Assembly: GCF_018350175.1 (NCBI RefSeq)
Contig: NC_058368.1
Coordinates: forward strand, 159,652,001 to 159,716,000
Reading direction: 5' to 3'
DNA: 64,000 bases
DNA from: Felis catus
Taxonomy: Eukaryota
Shown here: positions 50,011-62,824 of the stretch, piece after piece
Position numbering within the stretch: position 1 is the stretch's first letter
How the letters are laid out: each line of letters begins with the position of its first letter
The notes under the pieces: generated by a model
Database searches by the model: none
What the model was told of the DNA's origin: nothing
What the model saw: only the letters and a program-made list of their open reading frames with translations
Made by a program: the position numbers and the translations under genes

Positions 50011-51074
50011 AAAATATTTTAAAACAACCATGATATTTAGTCAAAGTAAAATTAGGCCACAAGTGATCGCTTATGGTAGATTTACTTTTTCAAAGAATGT
50101 TTTCATGATTTTGTAACTTATTTATTAGTGGGCTCTAAAGTGTGTGTTTGTTTGTTTGTTTTTAATCTTGGTTCTTTTCCATGTTATTCCAAAGCGCAGG
50201 GGTTTTTTTTCCCTCAGTGAGTTTTTGGGGTTTTTTTTTCCTGAATATTTTTCTGGGATCTTCTCCTCCAACCTATCATCCCACATACATTAATTTAAGT
50301 TGTGTCTTATGTTTTCTTAATAAACATCAAAATAATATTGAAATCTAATTCTAGAAATGGCATGGATAATGGCTAAGAGCACTGTATTAGTGATAGTTCT
50401 GCTTTCCATGAGCCCAATACCACCAGAAAGGGATTCCTATGTAACGAGGATCCTAATGTTCTTGCTGGGGAGCCTGTTTGGTCTTCCTCTAAAATTCTAC
50501 TGATTTTACAATTGAATCAGAGCACATAGGAAATGTTCTATCAAATTTTTACCCTATTTTGCATTGCTTCACCTGTCTCCCAAATAAAAAATCTGTGGCT
50601 TAGCATAAAGAACACTGCTTTAAGGAAGAGGATAGGGTGAATTTTAGTCTGATTTCTGTAAGAATGTTGCTAATGAGACCCCTCCAGTCACATCAGGGAC
50701 TCTGAAGTTTTTTTCTCAACTTTCACTAGACACACAATTTGAAATAAAATCCTCACTGTTTTTTAGAAATGGGTAGATTATAAATTATAAATGAACTCAA
50801 AGCAAATAACTCATGAGAAATAAGCCACACTCTTAGAAATTGTAAAATGACATTCTAAAGTATTAACATACCCTTTGCTAATTGGTAAGAAAAACTGAAA
50901 AAGCAATGAGCTCGTCTATCTTCTATGTAATCTTTGATTTTATATAGGAAAAAAATAAAAGCCCAAATAAAAGAACACAAATATTCTGACTTGGCTTGGA
51001 ATGAACTCCAGCTTTAGTAGATAGGAGTACATCAGACCATTGTATGTTGATTAGACAACTCTTTAGAACAATAT

Positions 51075-51413
51075 AAATCCTTTAACTCAACCTGGGATTG
51101 TTCACACTCGCCTGATGATAACAATTACTTTGACTTCTTTGGAGATTCTGCTTTGGTGGGTCTGGGCTGAAACGTTGAGATCTGTAAATTTTTTTTAAGT
51201 GTATTTATTTTGAGAGAGAGAAAGCAAATAGACTCCAACTGTCAGTGCAGAGCCTGATGCGGGGCTTGATCTCATGAACTGTGAGATCATGACCCAAGCC
51301 AAAATCAAGAGTCAGACGCTTAACTGACTGAGCCACCCAGGTGCCCCCAGATCTGTATTTTTGAAAAGCATTCCTAGAAAATACTTAGGATTAAGTTAGT
51401 TTGAGCAACGCTG
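51075..51413. mobile_element. MER5-like element split by a SINE
   Basis: ggagattctgctttggtgggtctggg...gatctgtatttttgaaaagc...gtttgagcaacgctg; left boundary uncertain. Confidence 0.55.
51187..51348 (-). mobile_element. Can-SINE (short)
   Basis: TSD agatctgta at 51178-51186 and 51349-51357. Confidence 0.95.
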
Positions 51414-52269
51414 CTTTATATTACAAGATCCAGTAACCTTACTAATGTTAATTCGGTTCCTGAGTCTCTTTACTACTAAAAAGAATTAGACACGTCTCAG
51501 CTGTCACAAAAATTCTGATCAGTTTGAAAATCGTATTTCTCAATGGGGAAAAAAACCAAAACGTGGTAAGTCATTTTTAGCTTTGTTTGTATAAATGAGC
51601 ACCATCCACCCACTTACCCCTGCTCCCCACAGCTAATTTCCCACTTTGAAAACTGAGAAAGCGGTGCCTAGGACTCCACCATGTCAGACTAGATAGAAGT
51701 GACTCTGCCAAGATAATCACATTGAAGGCTTTACCTGAAATCATCTACCGACTTCTGCCTGTGAATTTAAACAGCTCAATTTTGATATAAAAAGTGAACA
51801 GCAATTAATGAGTACTTGGATGTGAATAGATCTTCTCCGTGCATAGTCTCCATGGACCAGAAAAAAAAAAAAAAAAAAAAAAAAGCACGACGTGTGGGAG
51901 GTCTTCCTGTGGTTCCATCTCATCCCTCTGCCCCATCTTCAAACACAGCAAGACAGATTTACCTTCTTTTATCTTTACCCTCCTATGCAGTTTTCCACTA
52001 AAGAGTCTGTTGGTATTCTTCAACTTCCTATTCTCTCTAAGCTTCCTCCACCTATTAACAAACCCCTTTTGCAGGGTGTTTTAGCCATGAGTCCTCCCAA
52101 CATCCTGTCCTTTGACAGTGTCATTTTGTTCCTCCCTGACACAGGCCCTACCCTCGGTTCTGCCATGTTAAAGTGACTTCTAAGCAGTAGATAAGCACTA
52201 AATATTATCAGAGGGAGTATTATCATACTTTGTATTTGAAATCATAAAATCTTATCTCTGTTTTCTCAC

Positions 52270-52375
52270 AGGAGTACCCATTATCTCCATTTTCCACAAG
52301 GGGAAACAGGCCCAGAAAGATCGAGTGACTGCCTCCTTCAAATCAGTAGCAAGCCTAGGACTGGCGCTTACACGC
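52270..52375 (-). mobile_element. MIR core fragment
   Basis: attatctccattttccacaaggggaaacaggcccagaaagatcgagtgactgcc. Confidence 0.7.
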
Positions 52376-52424
52376 TTCTACTTAATTATGTTTTCCAGTT
52401 AGCCCATGTGCCTGTCACTCAGAT

Positions 52425-52760
52425 ATTATTTCATTCAAGAATTATTTGCTCTTTCTTCCAGATCGTTAATAAAGACATTAAACAAAACCAGACCTCACGG
52501 TGACCCTATAGTCAACACGTTGCCCTGAGTCATTAGGACTTGTCCTCCAGCCAGTTCTCAGTCCATGTGACAGAGCACACAGCAAAGCCAATGCTAATTA
52601 GGTTGGCAAATAAGATTTATTGAGATACTGTATCAATGCATTACAAAAATATAAATACATGTGTGTTAAGGTACATTCACTGTGCTCACTGTTTTTAATT
52701 CTATTGAGAATGCTATCGAGACTCTCTGGCACTATTTGTGTTTGTAAACCTATTCTTCTA
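52425..52760 (-). mobile_element. Ancient CR1/L3-clade LINE reverse-transcriptase relic
   Basis: Manual minus-strand translation, allowing frameshifts: YLYFCNA/DTVSQ*ILFANLISIGFAVCSVTWTENWLEDKS and GSP*GLVLFNVFINDLEERANNS*MK, matching CR1 RT motifs IYLDFSKAFDTVSH.IL..KL...WIENWL and GSVLGPVLFNIFINDL. Confidence 0.85.
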
Positions 52761-54572
52761 TAGGAGAGCTCTTTTAGCTTTTTGATTCCATTCTCCCCTC
52801 AGTGTTTCAATCTTAACAGTGGTTCTGTTATTTTTTTTTAAAGGATTGCTTTCATAATGGCGACTCAAATACAGATTCCTTATTCCAAGATGGTTATAAA
52901 GAAGATGAACCATCAATAATCCCATGAAAGAACACTGGGCCAAAGAGAATTGTGGACATCTTATAAGCGCCTCGGGACTGGAATGAGGATTTCTGATTTC
53001 CAGATCTCCTCCCTAGCACTAAACAACATGGCTTCAGGGCCAAAATTGTGATGCTCAAAAAAGAACTCAGAAAACTATGCTTGTAAGTGTGGCCTCCAAA
53101 TGGAGCACCTCCCATTCATGTCTGATTTTTAGACCCAGTTTTCTATGGCTCCACTCCATTGAGTTCATTTCCTTGTCCTAGAATTCCTTGTACTTAACTG
53201 CTGCGTATGAACCTTTGTTGATACGCTGAAAAGCTTTACCTACACATTTTTCTACGTACATATTTTTCTACCGGCTTAAGCGATTCGTTTTATAGAATTC
53301 TTCTATCTCTTAGTGAAAATGTGAAATGTCATAAAAGGCAAGGAAATTCCATGTAAACCAAAGTCCAAGTGGTCTCCTGATGACTGCCCCAAAGCATATT
53401 TTATATGAATAGAAATTGGGTCAGCTAGGAATTAAACTAACAACCACCATATTTCCCTAACCACAATTGCACAACCTTACGTCCAGGATATTCACAGCTG
53501 AGGACTTTGCCAGTGACTTGCCAGAAAATGCTATGCACATACAGTTTTGGCCTGCCTTACAAAAGGTCCCTTCTGGGCAGGCTTTTTGTTTTTGCTGTTG
53601 GCGTGAGCCATTTCACTGGGATCATACACTGTACGTATGTTCCAAGTAACACGAGTTTTACAATCGTAATATCCATTAACTAAGTAGCTATACCGGAAAG
53701 TAATAGCTAATTTAAAAAGTAGACATCACCTATAAAGCTCTTTGCTAATTGGTGGCACTACTCACTGGAGTAAGAGCAATGATGTTTCTATTAGTTTGAT
53801 TTTTTTAATTACAAGTATACAATATTTAAAAAGGGTTTGAGATTTGCATGGGAGAGACATGAATTACACTTTAGCACACCGGGTGAAGAGATTTCACAAC
53901 TTTTGCTATATTGTTTGAAATACATACATATGAGCCATTTTATATGTGAAATAGTATGAATTCATTTCTCTATGATAATTGCAAGAATTGCTGCAATTAT
54001 AAGTGCTGTTTAGTAATACCAATTAATATGAAATGATACTTACATGCAAGAAAAATGCATGATTCAGATTTGAAGAGTTGCTTGTGGGGTCCTGTCCCAT
54101 CTGTTGAGCTTGCTTTTATGCCTGAGGGACATTCTGCACAGACAAGTTTACAGTTGTCCTAGACCGAAAGACCAGGGTGCCTTATTATTAGCAACAAACG
54201 TATGTGTGTTTTCCTTTAAGGATATCAGCTGCTGCAAGAACAAACTTGCAAAGCTTTTTCTGGGTGTACTCCTATGTGGCAGTGAAATAGCTTGAAATAG
54301 CTTTCTCTAAACTGATTCTTTTGAGTGGTACTGTGTCATCATTTTTATTAACTGTTGAAATACAGAAACTAAATATTCATATAACTACTTTAAATACAAA
54401 CATGAAAATGGTTTCATAAAGATTGATAATATCAAGACCTGATTCAGAATGTAATTTACATTCTTAAGTAACATGGTTTCGCTATTGATTAACATTTGTT
54501 TACAAGTTTCGTAAGAGTATGATATGGAAAGAAAAGTGAAGTAGAATAGAACTATCTTATGACAGAATAACG

Positions 54573-54800
54573 CTAACTTTTTTTTAGCATTTCCTAGGTT
54601 TTGCTCTGTGCTAAGTACATTTGGTGTACATACCTTGTATCATTTCATCGACCAACAGCAAATATCTAAGGCAAAATCTATTACTATCTCCATTTCACAG
54701 ATGAGGAGTATGAGGCAGAGAGGGTGTAATTTATCCTGAGTATACAGCCGGAAAGCTGAATCTGAACACAAACAGTACTCCACAGAACTCTTGCTTTGGA
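54573..54800 (-). mobile_element. MIR
   Basis: ctctgtgctaagtacattt...ctattactatctccatttcacagatgaggagtatgaggcagagagggt. Confidence 0.8.
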
Positions 54801-54828
54801 ACTCAAGCTACCAAAAGATAAGGTAGGT

Positions 54829-55016
54829 TGGTGATTCTCAGACTTGGGGAGAGCTCAAAGTCATGTGGAGGGCTCATTAAAACACAGATTGCTGGGTCTG
54901 ACTACCAGAATTTCTGGGACAGGAAGTCCAGTCCGAGACCTGAGAATCTGCATTTCTATCAAGTTTCCAGGTGATGTGATGCTGCTGTTTTGCGGACCAC
55001 ACTTTGAAAACCACAG
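54829..55016. mobile_element. MER5A hAT-Charlie MITE
   Basis: ggagggctcattaaaacacagattgctggg...cctgagaatctgcatttct...ccaggtgatg...ggaccacactttgaaaaccac. Confidence 0.9.
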
Positions 55017-56339
55017 ATGTAGATTACTCTGGAAGTTAGAATGTTTGAGATGTGCTGTGGAGATTTCAGGAAGTAGAGATGCTACCATGTGACAAGAGAG
55101 AGAAAAGGGAGCGAGCAGACACTAAGGTAGAGAACAAAGCAAGATGTTCAGGAAGAAGAAGGCTGAGGAAGAGAAAGGTAGGATGTAGGGGGCTGTGTCA
55201 GTGTGCAAGTCTGTGGTCAGGAGGAGAGGGCAGGTGGAAAATAGATGTCGAACCCAAGGAGGGAACTTTGAAAAGGAACACTGAAAGTGCCACAGTAATT
55301 TCTACTTCAAAACTCAACCTTGGAAAAGTATTTGACTTTTCTAAAGCATGAGGACATAGCAAATAGCAGCTAGTAGTGGCAAAGGTGTCAATCTGGGAAA
55401 CAGAAAATGATACTCAGTCCTAAACTGCTGGCAATCCTGTGGCAGCCACATTACCTCTCTGGGCCTCAGTCTTGTAGATCTTCATGTTAGTTATTCTGGT
55501 TCATGTTTAGAATCCTTCCTTGTTTTTCTGGTCTCAGTTTCAATTGACAGGGATATTGGGTTATGGCTTTCCAGTACATTTGCTTTATAAATCTGCTTCT
55601 CTCTTTCATGTGTGTTGCTTATGAATTGATCATACCATTATCCAGCCTGAGTTAGAATGGAGACGTATGTATGAATTTATCAATGTTTTCTTATTAAAAG
55701 AAGTGACACTTACATTTATCTCTAGTTTTGGCTTGAGTCATTCCTTAGGCAGTGCTGCAGATAAACTTATTTATTTTTAGCAGCTGGAAAAGAGAGGACT
55801 GCCTAATGTTTGTTGCTTTTTGGGCCTGCCTTCAATGTAGAAGTCTGGGAAAGCCATCAATACAGTCAATGAGAGAAGTGAGGCACGCCAAGGTTGTTTT
55901 CTTGGTTATAATTAATGGAGGCCACTCAGGGGCATGTAACATTTACTCTCAAATTAAGATAGCATGCAACATCTCCAGCTCACCCACTTCTTTGCACTAA
56001 AGAATTGAGGCACTTTTAAAATCAATAGGCAAGGCAGATGGGTTTATTTCCATGTCTGGGTCTCAGAAGGATTTAAGAGGGAGATGTTCCAGTCTAAGAG
56101 ACCAGCAGAGGAACATAAGGGGCTTGTGTTCCTCTTAGCATCACACTGGAGATGTCCTCTTCTCCCCCAGGGTGGGGCCAGTCATCTTTCAGTCTCTGTC
56201 CCTGTACTATTTTAACCATAACCTAAAAAGTGTGTGATGATGGGGCTTGAGCCTACCTTTGCATTTCTTAACCATAGCCTCCTTTTTCCGGCTGTATATT
56301 CACCTTCTGATGTATAGTAGGGCAGATGAAAGAGAATCA

Positions 56340-56535
56340 TAACAGCAATTTTGTGGTACTTTTTGTGGTACACAGAATTTATAGTACTTTTCATATACTC
56401 ATCTTTCAAGTTTAAAAACTGTGATCCAAGAGACAAGAAAGTGGCTTCTCAGGATCACACAAGCTGAGCTGGTAACAGAAGCCAAACTAGAGCCTGGGTC
56501 AATTTGAGCCAAGAGATCCTCTGGCATACCACATC
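56340..56535 (-). mobile_element. MIR-family fragment
   Basis: aaactgtgatccaagaga...aagtggcttctcaggatcacacaagc...ggtaacagaagccaaactagagcctgggtc. Confidence 0.6.
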
Positions 56536-59238
56536 TCTCAGACCTTGCTACCAGTGAAGGCTTTCCTCTTGTATTTATTTCCCACTTGCACACACACACG
56601 CTCACACGCACTCACATGTGCTCAGAGCCATTCACGTACTTTTTCACTCTCACACGCAAACACATTCATAGTCAACACACATAGTCTTCCCTGTCACACA
56701 CCCTCAGAACATCCCCTTCCCGATGTGGCCGATGTGGCCTGCTGTTGGAGGCTCAACTCGTCCACGCACATTCCTTTTTTTCAATAAAAGTGATCCGTGC
56801 ATGGTTTGAGACATCCTATCAACACCCAGCCAAAGGTGCAAACAAGGACTTGGCCTGCATGAGAGTTCCCTGTGGAGGCTCTAACTCTTGTTTGGTAGTG
56901 CCAGATTAGGTGATAGTCAGTGAGAAATGGAATTTTCGAAAGAAAGCAGCCAGAAAAGGATCCAGGGATAGGATTCTCAGGTGAAGTGGTCTGGTCAAAA
57001 GGGAGTTGGTGACAGGGAGTCAATGACTTCAAGAGTGAATTTTAAAGATAAGAATCCAGTGATTGAAGGGGACCAGATTCCAGAAACAAAATCCAGGTAC
57101 CTAAAAGTAAGGTGATGGAGAGAATTAGGTAGTATTGAGGCCTTTGTGGCATCAGAGAATAACTGGAGTGAGAAGTGCTGTCCCAAAGCTCTGCATTAGC
57201 CATGACGGAAGGTGGTTTGGTTGGAGCTGGGTTTTACTGGCCTCTATCAGGTGATCCTTTTGCTTTACTCCATGGCAAGTTCTGACACTTAGGGTCTTCA
57301 CTTCTTCCTGGGACAAAGGAGGCAAAGGTGACTATAACTAAGTCACACAGTGACAAAGCTTAAGAAAGACTCAGATTTTATAATTCTTTGGGGGCAGTAA
57401 CTATAGATCTATACTACTCTCTGCTGTCCTAGGAGGCAATCTGACAAGTGTCAGGTGAGACGTCACTTCCTGAAGCTGCCCTGAATTCTGCGGGGCCAAC
57501 AATAAAGTTTCTCAGGAAGCACCTGACATCTGGTGTGAGAACAATCTAGAACATGTTCTCACAACCTCCCAGAAGCTGAATATCAAGTTCATCCAGACTT
57601 GGATCACAATGATCCCTGTACATAGCTTTTAATTAATCAACAAATTAGTCAACAATATGCAGATAGTTAGGATAGTTATTTGGCGCATCTATCACCTTCT
57701 CTCTTTATATACGCTGTTTTATGTCTAAGCAAAGTGGGTGGCCACAGGTTCAGTGAGATTTAAGCAGTACAAGGTAAGAAAGGACATTGCCTCAATTATA
57801 AATTCTACCTCTTGTTGGGGCATTGCCATAATGTGCTTTATTTAAGGGTCTAACTATTTCTTTACCAATAATAATGAAGCCAGAAGTTTTTCACTCTACA
57901 AAAAATGTATTTACATTCTACCTTGCTCTAGGCAACTACCAAGTTTCAGTCAGTTCCGAATGCCACAGTGAATATACAAGTATGGTGGTCTCACGTTTTG
58001 ACGAGAAAAGGGTAGACACCTCTTAGAAATGAAAAGCAAGTATCATTTCCTAATGGAACTTGGCTTTTATTCTAAGTTGACATCTGGACCAATTGGCCAA
58101 TATAGGCTTTACGTTTTAAATCTTGAAAGGGAGAAATAGACTAAATAAATTTTATTTTAGGATTGACCCGCCACCCTAATTTTTATCTCCACACAAACCT
58201 TCACTTAAGGTTAAATTATGATATGGCTCTCCTTTGATCTCTCTACATCAGTTGAACGGTGAGTCAATTCTCAGTGTTTACATTATAGTATCATGATAAC
58301 AAAAATATTGCAGCAGTTCTGTTTTACTATTCAGACTTTCTCAAAGAAGTGATCCTAACGCCAAATGAGTAATCAAAAACACCAAAGTGTTCTATCTGTT
58401 GTTAACATATCAACCACCAGAAAATCTGTCTGCAGGAAAATCACCTTCTACAAGTGAATAAAACAGCAATCAACTGGATTATTTTTTTTTTTTAGTTAGC
58501 ATGTTAAATCTGTATAACAATCAAAAATATAAATATCATGTTTTTACATAATGTTCACTGGATATAATTCTTTTCTCTGGTCCGTAATAAGTTATTGTTA
58601 CAACTCATGCTTCACTTGTTTTTATTTTGCTTTTCATTTTTGTATTGCCAAAACGTGTTACTGACCATATAAGGCAAAATCACCCGTGTGTAGAATACCA
58701 CGTGGCAAATGCTTGCATTTCAATTAAAACCAGATCTCTTGACATCTTTATGCATCTGAGACCTAGCCATATGAGGCTAACTCTGTCAGCCTCCCCCACT
58801 TGATCAATGTAAGCACATCTATTCTTAGACTATGAAATATGTGCCGTAGGTGTCGAGGGAAGAATTGCTGGGTTGTCACAGCTGCAGCCTGGTGGGGAGT
58901 ACTTTGTGTGGTCTGTGAGCACAACTTTTCTGCCTTCCTTCCCAGCTGTGCTCCTCTGAGTGGGCGAAGATGTACCCCAGACGCATCTTCCTCCTTGTGT
59001 TCTCACACTAAACTGAGAAGGTTAGGAAGAGCATAGAAAAGAGGCCAAACGATTGTTCCTCACAGATTGCCTGGAAGAAGACAAGAAGCCACTAAATGAA
59101 TGAATCATTCTTGGGGAGTGGCTGTACCAGGCTGATAACTCTATTTGAGTCAAAACTAAATAACTTTAGGAGGAAAAGAATCTGAAAAATGTTCGCTAGA
59201 AGATACTAGGGGAAAAAAACAAACTAGCATTTTATTTT

Positions 59239-59426
59239 GGGGGCCTGGGTGGCTCAGTGGGTTGAGCGTCTGACTTCGGCTCAGATCATGATCTCATGGT
59301 TCGTGAGTTTGAGCCCCGCATCGGGCTCTGTGCTGACAACTCAGAGCCTGGAGCCTGCTTTGGATTCTGTGTCTTCTTCTCTCTCTGCCCCTCCCCCACA
59401 TGCACTCTGTCTCTCTCTGCCTCTCA

Positions 59427-59460
<34 letters not shown>

Positions 59461-59490
59461 CTAATAAAAAAAATTTTTAGAACAAATTTA
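59239..59490 (+). mobile_element. Can-SINE with long A tail
   Basis: 18-bp TSD aaa(c/a)tagcattttatttt at 59221-59238 and 59491-59508. Confidence 0.97.
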
Positions 59491-61959
59491 AAAATAGCAT
59501 TTTATTTTTATTTATTGGTGATTAGCTTAGAGTAGAGTCATTTGATGACTTCTATGGTTGTGTAAATGGTAAAAAGACATTTTTCCAATATTTCCAGACT
59601 AACAAAAGATAGGTTTTTGTATTGCTACCCCAGAGTGTGTTTTCTTTTTAGCTAAAAAACAAAAAACAAAAATACCCTATTTTATACTAAAGTCCATTGC
59701 TTCCAGAATCAATCAGAAGCAATAAAAGAGTAGATGTGATGTGAGAAATGATAATTTTCATTGGGTTAAAAGTAGAAGAATAAGCTAAAATCCTAATCAC
59801 AGGAACCACCACTAACAAGGTCCATACCATCTGAAGCCTGGAGCTTACACAGCCACTTATCCTAACTCAGGCTTCCAGTAACTATTAGAGATCATCATGA
59901 AAAATCCCAGAATCTCCTGTTTCTAGTTATTTTGAGGATATGACCATTATTGACGTTGTTCATTAAATGGTCTAAAATTAAAGAGTCTAACATGCAAAAA
60001 AAAAATCAAAATCTGAAAAATAAAAGAAAGGTAAAAATGTCTTCCAATTTATCTTAACTCTGTCCTATAGTTTATGTTTGGGTAACATTTCAAAAGATTG
60101 TACAAACCAGTTTATCACCACTAGTATGGAGGAATCAAAATAAAACACAGATTACTGTAATGATAAAAAAAAAAGTGTCCTTAGGCTTAAAAAACAATCT
60201 TGGAAGAAAAAATTATTCTAATTCACTTAGTTTGATTGAGTTTGCCCTGGTAGCTAAAAGCTGTTTATTTTTGTTGGAATACATGTAACTTTTAGAAATG
60301 TAAAGATTCTTTTGCCTTTATTATTAGATGAAATAACATACTTCAGGTTCAAGCTGTTCATTTGAAGACCACTTTTGTCTTCCTTTCAGAGTAAAATTTT
60401 TTCCAGATACCCTGCACCTGTTTTCACAACCATGACATAGCCGGAAAGTTTTCTTCTGCTTAACATTAGTTGCTAAGCAGAATGTATTTCAGTATGCCAG
60501 CTGTAAAATTGTCAATCAAGCAAACATTGCAAGTGTTTGGTAATCTGATAACACTTAACAGCCATTCTCTGATATCTAGCAATCAATGCTAGGATATTTA
60601 ACTTGAGCAGAGTCATGCTTTTTATTGTGTGAAATCAGAGATGTGATGAAAAAAGTCTGAAATCTCAACAGTTCCTGGTGTTTCACTGAGGTTCTTGTTT
60701 GATTCTCTTAATCTCTTTATTGGAAGCACTCTGTCATGACTGACCATGTTCACAAAGGTAGAAAAGGTTTTATCAACAGTAGCAAAGGTTTCCTCTCAAG
60801 TATCAATAGGATAGAAATTGTTTTGTAAAAACACATTTTTACTTCATTTTACAAAAGGAAATGTGATGTGGATCCAAGACTTAAATTTGTTTTATAATTT
60901 TGGTCATTTGTTCTTGTCAAATGTAAGGCAACACACAGAGGATGCATGCTGTTAGTAAACCCTGGTTTTCAGGGCTGCTTAGTAAAGTGTGGGGAGTAGA
61001 GATTTGTCAGAGATTATTCATCATCATAGCCAGAACGGTGGTAAGTAGAAAGCTTTGGTATGTGAGTGTTTCTATGAGTGTTTATTTTAAATGTGCCTTA
61101 CGCAATCCCTATGCAGGAAGACAGAAAGTGGACCATAGGAAGCTTTTCCCCTTACCTTGAGTGCAGAGATACCAATATAGGGATTATACACTGGAGCAGT
61201 ACTTGTTATAATGGAGCTGGGTGTTGGGTACTGTGTTTGTTATTGCCTCTACATTTTCCAATAGATTGCATGTGACTGTGATAAAGAAACAGTCTATGAT
61301 AGCTAAACAAAGGGGTAGTCATTTCATTTTATGTTTGAACTTCCACTCTTCTATACAAATCAAACAAAGTGGTATCCAGCTGCTTACTTACTCCAACCAT
61401 AAAACACTGTTTTATCATAAAATTCTATGCGTATCTATAAATATATTATATAAACCATTGAAATATGAGAAAGTTGAGGTTTCAGTTGCATCAGAATCAG
61501 GAAATACAGGGTTGGGATTGCCAAAGCAATTTAAACTTGGACCCCCTCTCCTCACTATCAGTGATATAATAGTGCCTTTCATTTCATGAACTCATAATTT
61601 CTTACTGTTTCTATTATAGTATGAGCATCTGGTTATGGGTGACAGCAAGATGGAAAACCTGGGGAGAACCATTCTTCCCTAGAATTGCAGTATGTTCTAA
61701 TTTATCATTTTACACGGACAATCGCCAAATGGTGCAAGCCTGAGACAGTTGTGAGGGTCTTTCTGTTGAATGCACCTATCCTAGTGCCCACCGTGTATCT
61801 ATCGCATGTGACACAACCTCTGAGTTCAAGTAAATTACTGGACTCTGAGAAGGCCTTTAAATATTAATGAGTCTTTATTAGTAATCATTATGGGATTATA
61901 TCTAATCACATGAGAAAACACTCAAAAAAAACTTGGAAAATATAAAAAAAACATGGAAA

Positions 61960-62245
61960 GAAAAATAATGTTTACATTTTGCTAAATGTCCTTCCTACCC
62001 TTCTGGATGCTTCCACATTTCTATTTTACATGATAGACATACTATGGAAACAGCTTATAGGCTACATCTTCCAGTTGTTAATAGTTTATGACCATTTTTT
62101 CCCAAGAATAAATATGTTTTTATGACATGGTTCTTTAAAGGTACATATTTCATCATATGAATACAAAATTATTTGTTTACTCTCCCATTTTTGGACTTAA
62201 AAAAAAAGTCCTATTATAAATAAGTCTACATTGTACAAACTTTCA
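61960..62245 (-). mobile_element. Old L1ME-like 3' fragment
   Basis: atatttcatcatatgaatacaaaattatttg...ctcccatttttggactta...ctattataaataa; strongly diverged. Confidence 0.5.
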
Positions 62246-62299
62246 TTTTTTTAGAATAACTTTTTTTAGAAATAAACTTCTGGTTCTTTGGCAAGCAAC

Positions 62300-62784
62300 T
62301 TTTTTATTGAAGTATAATTGACATACAATATTATATTAGTTTCAGGTGTACAATAATTCTATACACAATGCTTACCACAATGAGTACAGTTACCATCTGT
62401 CACCATACGAAGTTATTACAATATTATTGACTGTATTCCCTGTGCTGCACTTTTCATCCCTGTGACTTATTTATTTTAAAACTAGAAGTTTATACTTCTT
62501 AATCCCTGTCATCTATTTTTCCCATCCCCCCGACCTCCCTCCCCTTGGGCAACCACTAGTCTGTTCTCTGTAAGTGGGAATATGTTTTTGTTTTTATTTG
62601 TTTTCATTTTTCAGATTTAACATATAAATGAAATCATATGGTATTTGTTTTTCTCTGCCTGACTTATTTCACTTGGCATAGTATCCTCCAAGTCCATCCA
62701 TGTTGTCACAAATGGCAAGATTTCATTCTTTTTTATAGTAGAGTAATATTCTGGTGTGTGTGTGTGTGTGTGTCCATGTATGTA

Positions 62785-62824
<40 letters not shown>

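Noticed and set aside
13163..56740. Isolated 9-13 bp tandem duplications (13163, 17981, 19913, 54282, 56348, 56720)
   Set aside because: Ordinary slippage-type indels with unrelated sequences; no shared motif suggesting a system.
60370..60480. Acceptor-like ttcctttcag and tttttccag as the start of a coding exon
   Set aside because: All three frames hit a stop within about 60 nt and I found no good donor.
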